Assembly (NCBI RefSeq): GCF_009914755.1 | Contig: NC_060926.1 | Origin: the human T2T-CHM13v2.0 reference genome, Homo sapiens | Direction: 5' to 3' (one strand) | Length of the DNA stretch: 64,000 nt | Notes under the pieces: generated by a model | What the model saw: only the letters and a program-made list of their open reading frames with translations | Databases searched by the model: none | Told to the model about the DNA's origin: nothing | Translations under genes and position numbers: made by a program | Part shown: in pieces, positions 51,908 through 64,000 of the stretch | How positions within the stretch are numbered: position 1 is the first letter of the stretch | Layout: each line of letters begins with the position of its first letter

Positions 51908-52415
51908 TGTGGCAGACTGCCATGGTTACTACTTGAGACCGTCACTACGACAGTTACTACTGTTACTACTTACTATTTGAGACGGTCATTACGACACTGA
52001 ACGAAGGAGGATGAACGCAGAAATGAAAACTTAAAACAAAAGAAACTGTTTTAAAGGAAGGGGCCAGGGGAAGAAGAAGAGGGTTCCCTGCTTCTACTGA
52101 GTAAAGGCAGCAACCTTGAGCTCCTACGGCCTTTTGTATTTATTGGGTAGAAAGAGCAGGGAGGAGCAGGTAACATTTGGTCAGCTGCTTAACTGATCAC
52201 AGGTTCACATTATTGCTAACAGGCTTCAGATGTGCCTCATCACAAGAAACACTTGCGCCTGGGTCGTGACTGCCCTCAGCATTCCTTCAAGGGTGGCAGA
52301 CGCAGTTTGTCATTTGCCAACATTCTGCATTTATGAGAACAGTTTGCTGTTTGCTCATATACCCTCCAGCGGTATACTGAGTTGATCACGACCCTCACTC
52401 TTTCAGCCTGCAACA
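51908..52415 (-). mobile_element. LTR3-type LTR (HERV-K HML-6), 3' LTR
   Basis: TGTTGCAGGCTGAAAGAGTGAGGGTCGTGATCAACTCAGTATACC start, ...CTGCCACA end; preceded by polypurine tract AAAAAGGGAGAGA. Confidence 0.8.
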
Positions 52416-53297
52416 TCTCTCCCTTTTTGTTTTTGAATTAATTGAGACAGGTAATTGCAAAATGTGCAGCCTTGGTGGTTCATTCCGTCTTCGCATTCAG
52501 CTCATACTGGGGGAACCGGGCCCATGGTTGGGATCCATGGGTCGCTCTAGTCTCCCGTTCTGTGGTCGCACACACCTTGAGGGCACCCACACAGTTTGTT
52601 CATCTCCTGCAAAAACGCAAGCGTACCCTTATCCCCACGTCAGTAAATCTACCAAAACAGAAGCAAAGGCTTTTGTGGCTGTGGCCAGGAGGCATGCCGT
52701 TGCCAAAGCATCTGCTCCACAAGCTGTAACTCAGCTTCTGCCTCTTTGGTTAATTACCACGGGGTAAACTTCTCATTGATAAGGAGAGGCAGGCTCTCTC
52801 TGATTAACAGAAGGCACATGGAAAGCAAATTGAAGCTCATCCTTCTCGTGCAACAGTATAGCAAAAAAAAAAAATCATTAAGCCTTCAATTTGTACTGTA
52901 CAGGTGAGTCCATTAAATGTTATGGGTTGTGATAGATAAATCTCTCTCCTAGTTGTACTTTCAAATCCTTGATTCCCTCGCTTCTCCCTTCGTGGAGAAG
53001 GGTGCAACTTACAGGGAACAAGCAATAGTTGTGCAATATATTCTCCTGGTTCAAAAACCCAAAGTTCTTGTGACATTACCACTACTGGAATTTCCTCTTC
53101 ACAATCAAAATCAACAACTCCTGGGGCTACAGTAACGCCCTGCAAGTTAAGATGACTTTTGCCCAAAACTCTCTATTTGTCTCTATTTAACTCTACCTCT
53201 ATTTCTATTTATCCCTACTTATCTCTATTTGTCCCTGCAGGCCTCTTTAGGTCCCTTCAGGTCTCTGTTTGTCCCTGAAAGTCCCGTTTGGGTGCCA
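52416..53297 (-). mobile_element. Internally deleted HERVK3/HML-6 internal region: PBS, leader, dUTPase/protease fragment, integrase C-terminal fragment, PPT
   Basis: PBS TGGCACCCAAACGGGAC (tRNA-Lys-like) at 53297-53281; ORF 52837-53166 has dUTPase-like motifs (GVVDFD..EI.V, IAQLLLVP, RGNQGFEST). Confidence 0.8.
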
Positions 53298-53804
53298 CTT
53301 TGACAAAAATTTTTGAAGGTCATGAAATAATTGTACTTTTTCCCATTGACTATTTTTGCTTTGAATGGTTTCAGCTTGCATGATCATTGTTACAATGCCA
53401 CAATGCCATGCAAAAGCAAAGACTACCTATGAACTGTTAAGTGGTTCTTTTACATATATATTTTAAAGATGAGGTCTCACTGTGTTGCCCAGGCTGGATT
53501 GCAGTGGTTTTTCAGTGTTAAATTCTATGTGAGGTGATACAGTTATAGGCTGTTTTCACCCTAATACAGCATTTCACTGTATCATAATTACCTGTTAATT
53601 TAACAGTCTGCTCCACTCACTGTCATCCCCTGGGAGGTAGGGACCCTGTAATTGCTCTATTTGTTAGGCTAACACACAGTCCAGCATATACAGGTGGAAT
53701 AAATAAAGTTCACAAAGGCACAGAGTACAAAGGCTCTCCATTTGGCCTGAACTATTTTAGTTGTATAAGATAAGCTAGCTACTGCATATGAAAATAAGGC
53801 ACTT

Positions 53805-54380
53805 TATTTTATTTCTTATCTTTATAGATGTAGGGGGGACAAGTGTAGTTTTGTTACATGGGGCTTTTAGTGTATCCATCACCTGAATAGTGGCCACTGT
53901 ACCCAACAGGTAATTTTTCAACCCTCACTCCCCTGCTTCTACCCTCCCACCTTTTAGAGTCTCCAATGTCTGTTATTCTACTCTGTATGTCCATGTGTAC
54001 CCACTCTTTAGCTCCCACTTATAAGTGAGAACATGCACCATTTGACCTTGTTTCTGAATTATTTTAGTTAGGATAAAGGCCTCCAGTTCTATCCATGTTC
54101 CTGCAAAAGACAAGATTTCATTCTTTTTCATGGCTGAGTAGTATTCCATGGTATATATAACATATTTTCTTTATCCAATCATCCACTGATGGACACTTAG
54201 GTTGATTCTTAACTTGCTACTATGAATAGTGCTGTGATAAACATACTAGAGCAGGTGTCTTCTTCATATAGTGATTTATTTTCCTTTGTAAACACCCAGT
54301 AGTGGGTTTGCTGAATTGAATGGCAATTCTATTTTTAATTCTTTGAGAAATCTCCATACTGTTTTCCATAGAGCTTGTAC
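53805..54380 (-). mobile_element. L1MA-type 3' fragment
   Basis: GCTCCCACTTATAAGTGAGAACATG and GAGTAGTATTCCATGG L1 3' signature. Confidence 0.75.
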
Positions 54381-54676
54381 AAAATAAGACAATTTTAAAA
54401 ACTATGTTTAAAGTTTAGGTTATAATTTAGTAAACTAAAAATGGTAACAACTTTTGGAAATTCTCGTGTGCAATCTGAGGGTTTTATAAAGCAAAAATTG
54501 GAAAGATTCACCATAAGTTCCTTGTAAGCCTTGCCTAACTTTAAAATGGAATTTAATTTATCAAAATATATAATGTGCAACAAAAACATACGTTATACTG
54601 TTAGGAGAAGCTTACTCCTTTCTCCTTTTGTTTCCAGGAGGGCCCTCTTCTTCCAGCAGGAAAAATAACTGAAACA

Positions 54677-55351
54677 CAGTCACACACCCCATAACAATGT
54701 TTTGGTCAATGATAGACCACATGTATGGCAGTGGCCTCATAAGATTAAAGTGGAAGTTAAACATTCTTATCATCCAGTGGTGCTGTAGCCACTGTAATGT
54801 CATAGCTGCAATTACTTTATTTTTTTATAAATTTAGTTTAGCCTGTGTGTACAGTGTTTATAAATTCTACAATAGTAAACAATAATGTCTTAGGCCTTCA
54901 CATTCACTTATCACTCCCTCACTAACTCACCCAGAGCAACTTCCAGTCCCGTAAGCTCCTGTGTCCTATACAGTGCTCTATACAGGTGTACCATTTTTTA
55001 TATTTTATACCATATTTTTACTATATCTTTTATTTTTATTATATCTTTTGTATGTTTTTATATAATTTTATAATAAAAATACCATATTTTTATTATATCT
55101 TTTGTATGTTTAGATATGTTTAGACCACAGATATTTACCTTTGTGTTACTATTTCCTGCAGCCTTCAGCATAGTAACCTCCCGTACAGGTTTGGAGCCTA
55201 GAAGCAATAGGCTATTGACCATATAAACCATGTATATAGTAGGCTATACCATCTAGGTTTGCCTACCACTCTATGATGTTCACACTATGATGAAATCACT
55301 TAAGGATGTATTTCTCAGAAGATTTCCCTGTGTTAAGTGACACATGACTGT
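54677..55351. mobile_element. Tigger3/MER7-like element (longer form)
   Basis: CAGTCAC ... CACATGACTG termini; internal similarity to 44156-44459. Confidence 0.65.
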
Positions 55352-55579
55352 ATATACTTCTAGACTAATCCAACACTCAGTTAGGTTTCTGTCACTTAGG
55401 AGAAATAGCTGAGCTTATCAGTGAGATGGAAAGGAGAGAAATAAGCACCCCAGGACAAGCCACCACTTCCTCCACCCACTTCTTTCTTTGATATTTCTGC
55501 CTTCAACATACACATTTTTTGCTCTAGTTCCCAGAGTAGGGCATAGGCTCTATAGGGCAGGGATGAAAAACTTTACCTA

Positions 55580-55980
55580 GGCTGGGTGCAGTGGCTCATG
55601 CCTGTAATCCCAACACTTTGGGAGGCCAAGGCCGGTGGATCGCTTGTATTCAGGACTTCAAGACCAGCCTGGGCATCATGGTGAAACCCCACCTCTACTA
55701 AAAATACAAAAAAATTAGCTGAGCATGGAGGCACACGCCTGTAATCCCAGCTACTCAGGAGACTAAGCCACGAGAATTGCTTGAACCTGGGGGCAGAGGT
55801 TGCAGTGAGGCAAGATTGTGCCTGGGTGACAGAGTGAGACTGTGTCAAGAAAGAAAGAAAAAGAAAGAAAAGAAAGAAAAGAAAGAAAGAGAGAGAGAAA
55901 GAAAGAAAAAAAGGAAGGAAGGAAGGAAGGAAGGAAGGAAGGAAGAAAGGAAGGAAGGAAGGAAGAGAGAGAGAGAGAAA
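55580..55980 (+). mobile_element. Alu followed by a (GAAA)n(GGAA)n(GA)n tract
   Basis: Directly visible. Confidence 0.9.
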
Positions 55981-56404
55981 ACAAGAACACCAAGGTGATT
56001 AATGCCTAACTTTGTCCAAGACCTCGAGTAAAAAATATGTTGAGAATATAAATAGGATGATTCACATGGATTATCTAAATAGAAGTTTACTAAATTATAA
56101 CTAGTTACTATCTGAAACCTCAAGACTTCAGGACAGTTGTCTACTACAAGTAAAGATGCACTGAAATACAACTTTACAAGTCCATTTACTTTCACTGCTA
56201 GAACTTTCCACTATAGACAAACTTGAACTAGGGTGCAAACATATTACAGGGAAAAACAATGCAATGCTGGGTAAAATAAAAACCTAAATGGCCATTCAGG
56301 AAATGGTTAAATAAGTTATTACAGACCCACACAATGGAATACTATGCAGCTTTAAAATGAATGAGATATGACTACAATACTACCATTGAAAAACACAAGA
56401 TATG

Positions 56405-56700
56405 GGCCAGGCATGGTGACTCATGCTTGTAATCCCAGCAATTTGGGAGGCTAAGGTTGGAGAGTCGCTTGTGGTGAGTTCAAGACCATCCTGGATGAGA
56501 CCTTGTCTCTAAAAAAATTTTTTTATTGCCAAACATTGTGGCACATGCCTATAGTTTAGATACTTGGGAGGTTGAGGCAGGAGAATCATTTCAGACAGGA
56601 GTTCGAGGCTGCAGTGAGCTATGATGACACTACTGTACTCTAGCCTGGGTGACAGAGCAAGATCCTGTCTCTAAAAAACAAAACAAAACAAAGAAAAAAC
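56405..56700 (+). mobile_element. Alu (J-like)
   Basis: TSD-like aaaaac(ac)aagatat. Confidence 0.85.
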
Positions 56701-57775
56701 AAGATATTTAAGTAGGAAAAAAAACCATTACAGAGCAGTAAGAATACTGTGATCCCAATTTTGTAGAAAACAAAATATATATACGTGTGTATACATGTGC
56801 ACATTAAATTTGTAGAAAATCACCAGGAAGGGAATTTAGAAAAAGGGCAGAATGGGTAAAGCTCATTTTTTTCTTTTATACACTTCTATACTGTTTTAAT
56901 TTATTGCAAACCTCTTATGCTACCTTATAATAAACTAGAAAAATATTATATATAATCCTTGCCTTTCATGCTAAATCATTTCAATAGACTTTATTTTTGT
57001 TTATATGTAGCTAGAGAGATGCAGAAAGCTCAACTGACCTGCTTAGAATAGGTATAGAAGTAGCTTGTGGATAAGGAGTTCTTTCAACATCAGAGGCTTG
57101 TAGCCCCAGTATGCTGCGTTCCTGCTTAGGCTGATACTGATCCCTTTCCATCTTCAACTCAGAATACTACATTTATTCAGCACCTTCTTGGTCCCTGGTG
57201 TTGGTAACAGGCTAGTTAGACTAGACTAGAGCAAGAAAAAATGTTGTCTTGGGTCATAATTTCCACCGGCATTTCCTAATTGCATTTTATCTACTATACC
57301 TAATTTATGTTCTACTGTAGTAACAGAAAGTGAATGATTAACTTGAAGATAAAAAAACATCTGATATGAATTCAACTTGACGATGCTAGGTTTTCCTTGA
57401 TGAAATCAGGTTTCTCTCTGCCTAACAGCACCTGTCAAAGGTATAAAGGAGATCTAATTCTGCCTACAATATCCTGCTTTTGTGAGCTAAAGCTTTCTGT
57501 GTCCTCTCAGAAAAAGGAAAAGTCAAAATCCTGTGGAAGTGAAAGACATTGTTATATAAACCCAAATTGAGCAAAAAAGAAAATGTTAGCCAATTTTTTT
57601 CTTCTCTTTTCTTTTGAGATGGAATCTCACTCTGTCACCCAGGCCAGATTGCAGTGGCGTGATCTCGGCTCACTGCAACCTCCGCCTTCAGAGTTCAAGC
57701 AATTCTCATGTGTCAGCCTCCCAAGTAGCTGGGACTACAAGCATGTGCCATGCCACCACATGTGCCACAATGTTT

Positions 57776-59447
<1,672 letters not shown>

Positions 59448-60255
59448 TCATCATTTTAAAAACCATGCCTCAAAGTTCATGCCAAAAAGACATAGTTCAC
59501 ACCAAAAAACCAAAACCAAAAACAAAAAACAGTGGCCTTCTGACTAGAAAGAAAACTGGAGGCTAGGCGCGGGGCCTCCATGCCTGTAATCCTAGCACTT
59601 AGGGAGGCTGAGGCGGGCAGATCACTGGAGGTCCGAGTTCAAGACCAGCCTGGCCAACATGCCAAAACCCCATCTCTAGTAAAAATATGACAATGTCGTG
59701 GAAATAGCCATTAATTCTGGCATAAAAAAATAAAGAGGAAAAAGTAATTATAAAAATGATTTTTATGGCCAGGCCCGGTGGCTCACAGCACTTTGGGAGG
59801 TCAAGGGGGATGGATCATAAGGTCAGGAGTTCAAGACCAGCCTGGCCAACGTGGTAAAACCCCGTCTCTATTAAAAATACTGCTCAGGAGGCTGAGGCAG
59901 AGAATTGCTTGAACCTGGGAGGTGGAGGTTGCAGTGAGCCGAGATTGCGCCACTGTACTCCAGCCTGGGCGACAGAGCGAAACTCCATCTCAAAAAAAAA
60001 AAAAAAGAAAAAGATTTTTAATATTCTTTCACTGAAGGAAATCCATTTCCAATACAACAAAATAATTGTGTATATATATTTTTAAGTATATGATGTCTTT
60101 TTCTCAAAAGACACGCCACCACTTTCATCAGAATCTCAGACAGATTCATGTCTTCCAAAAGATTACAAGACCAATGTCCTAATGTTTTAGTTTGTGGTAA
60201 GAAAAATATAGTCTATCACCTTATTCCAGGGGTGTAGTTTTTGGCCAATGCATAT

Positions 60256-60348
60256 TTATGCAACAGGATGAAAGTTCAAATAGCACACTTATGCAACAGG
60301 ATGAAAGTTCAAATAGCACACTTATGCAACAGGATGAAAGTTCAAATA
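60256..60348. repeat. 33-bp tandem repeat, 2.8 perfect copies (TTATGCAACAGGATGAAAGTTCAAATAGCACAC)
   Basis: Units start at 60256, 60289 and 60322. Confidence 0.95.
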
Positions 60349-60544
60349 CATAAAAATCTATTAAAAATCCTTCAAAGTGGACTAGGGTCCTACGAATCTG
60401 CTGAGAAGCCTAGTATCTGACCTATGCATGAATTGATAACTGATTCTGATTTTCTTACAGATATTCCTGAAAGAGGATAGAGCTTGGTGTTGAGAATAAA
60501 CTGGGCAGTAATGGTGATGAGGTTACATCATGGCCTTACTAGGA

Positions 60545-61925
<1,381 letters not shown>

Positions 61926-63016
61926 TTAAATTCCTGAAAAAGGAATTACTGTCATAGAGCATAAACATTGTGAAGGTTTTTGGATCTTTTTTTCCAAATT
62001 GCCTTCCAGAAAGTTTGTAATAATTTACATTCCTGCCTTCTCATTCCTGCATCAACACTTTAATTTTTCCCAACATTTCAAAATTTTGTTAGAAAAGTTA
62101 AATCTTACTGTTTCATATTTTATTACCAATAAAGTTGATTATTTTTTCATATGTTTCTTGCCTGTCTGTAGTTCTTCTTTTGGAACGCTTAGTCCATACC
62201 ATTAGTCTAATTTTTCTATCAGTGTGTTGGATTTTTTCTTTATTTGTAAGAGCTCTTTATGTATAAGGCTGTTGGCCGAATCTAGTGGCTCAGCCTGTAA
62301 TCCCAAAACTTTAGGACTCAGAGGCAAGGCAGGAGGATCCCTTGAACCCAGGTGTTCGAGACCAGCGTAGGCAACAGAGTGAGACCCTATCTCAAAACCA
62401 ACAAACAATTTATCTTATGTTGCAAATATTTTTCTTCATATGCCTTTAAACTTTATATATTTTTTTAATTCAATGAGGATTTACACTTTCATACAGGTAG
62501 ATTGATTTATGTTCTCCTTTGTGGTTTATTCCCTCACTTATGTGTTTACAAAGGCCTTCCTTCACCCAAGTTAAGGTAAATATTCAGCATATTTCCTTGC
62601 TGTGGTTAAGAGATGTGAGAAGATACTATGAGAGACTCACTATGTTCACAACTTTTTCCAGTTAAATGAAGTCTTCCCACGTTTCCTAATCACTCACATT
62701 AAGCATATAGAATGGATTAATTTTAAATCTGAATATAAAACTAATTGCACAGCATGTTTCACTGCTCTTCTTACTGCCTACCTGGGGCACAGTCTCTTTG
62801 GCCTGAGTGGTCTCTTCAGTTTTTAACGAGTGGCTCCACAATTCCTTAGGAAGAGCTGCTCTCTTCTGTCTCCCTGGTGGTCGTAATTTCGCCCACACCT
62901 GCCCCGTCTTTGCTCTGCAGCTCCACACTCCCTCAGCCCCGCCGAGAGCTCCTGGCTCCCGTCTCCAGGTTACCCCAGGTCACCACAGCCACCTCTCTGC
63001 ACCAGCGGCCCGCTCA

Positions 63017-63502
<486 letters not shown>

Positions 63503-64000
63503 TCAATCCTCAGGGCTGAAGCTCTCACGATTAATTAAAATTAAATCTCCAGTGCAGCTGGAAAAAGAAAGGCTGCTGCTCGGCGCCCTCGCTGCGCCCG
63601 CCTGCCGGGGTCGGACGTCGGCGATGCTGTGGCTCCAGGTGCTGTGTGCCGCTGGCTGGGAAGGGGAGAAAGGGCAGGCTTAGCTGAGGGGGAGAAATGC
63701 GGCTTTCAGATCCTTTCATCCTTCGGGAGGGAGCCCGGGAAAGAGAGTGAAGGGGAAGAGGAGATGCGGTTGCAGTTTTCCACAGAACCAAGAGAATAAA
63801 CGATTTGAAAAAATAAACTCAGGCCCACCTCCGTCTCACCTCCCACTCCCCACCCAAGAATCAAGGGGAAAGATCATCTTTACCAGGTTTGAGACCTGAT
63901 CCATTTCAGCTGAGCTGCATAGCGAGTCCAGAAGAGGATCTTTCCTTGAAGGGTGCACGCTTCCTGCAAGATGCATCTGTAGGTGTTTGAGATCATGTCC

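Noticed and set aside
52837-53166. dUTPase-like ORF as a functional gene
   Set aside because: Non-ATG start, N-terminally truncated, degenerate motifs, and it lies inside a deleted provirus.
60256-60348. 33-bp repeats as a possible CRISPR array
   Set aside because: Head-to-tail units with no spacers, eukaryotic context and no cas genes.

Overview
Primate (human-like) genomic DNA. It contains the complete 8-exon PECR gene (peroxisomal trans-2-enoyl-CoA reductase, SDR family) on the minus strand. The spliced CDS is 63145-63022, 47940-47807, 46899-46734, 40405-40324, 32976-32880, 30807-30697, 25452-25341 and 20795-20710, totalling 912 nt = 303 aa and ending in the PTS1 tripeptide AKL. A CpG-island promoter at the right end looks bidirectional (by recalled synteny the partner is TMEM169). 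The rest is Alu-dense intronic and intergenic DNA with L1, ERVL/MaLR, MER21, Tigger/hAT fragments and an internally deleted HML-6 (LTR3) provirus. The most notable structures are: (1) a long inverted duplication in intron 1 (arms ~1.4-1.7 kb) associated with an Alu split into oppositely oriented halves; (2) a 65-bp tandem duplication that creates a second, frameshifting acceptor for exon 2; (3) a GC-AG intron 3; (4) an in-frame upstream ATG encoding an Arg-rich N-terminal extension; (5) two local non-Alu duplications. No prokaryotic-type system (CRISPR etc.) is present. Repeat boundaries and subfamily names were assigned by eye and are approximate.
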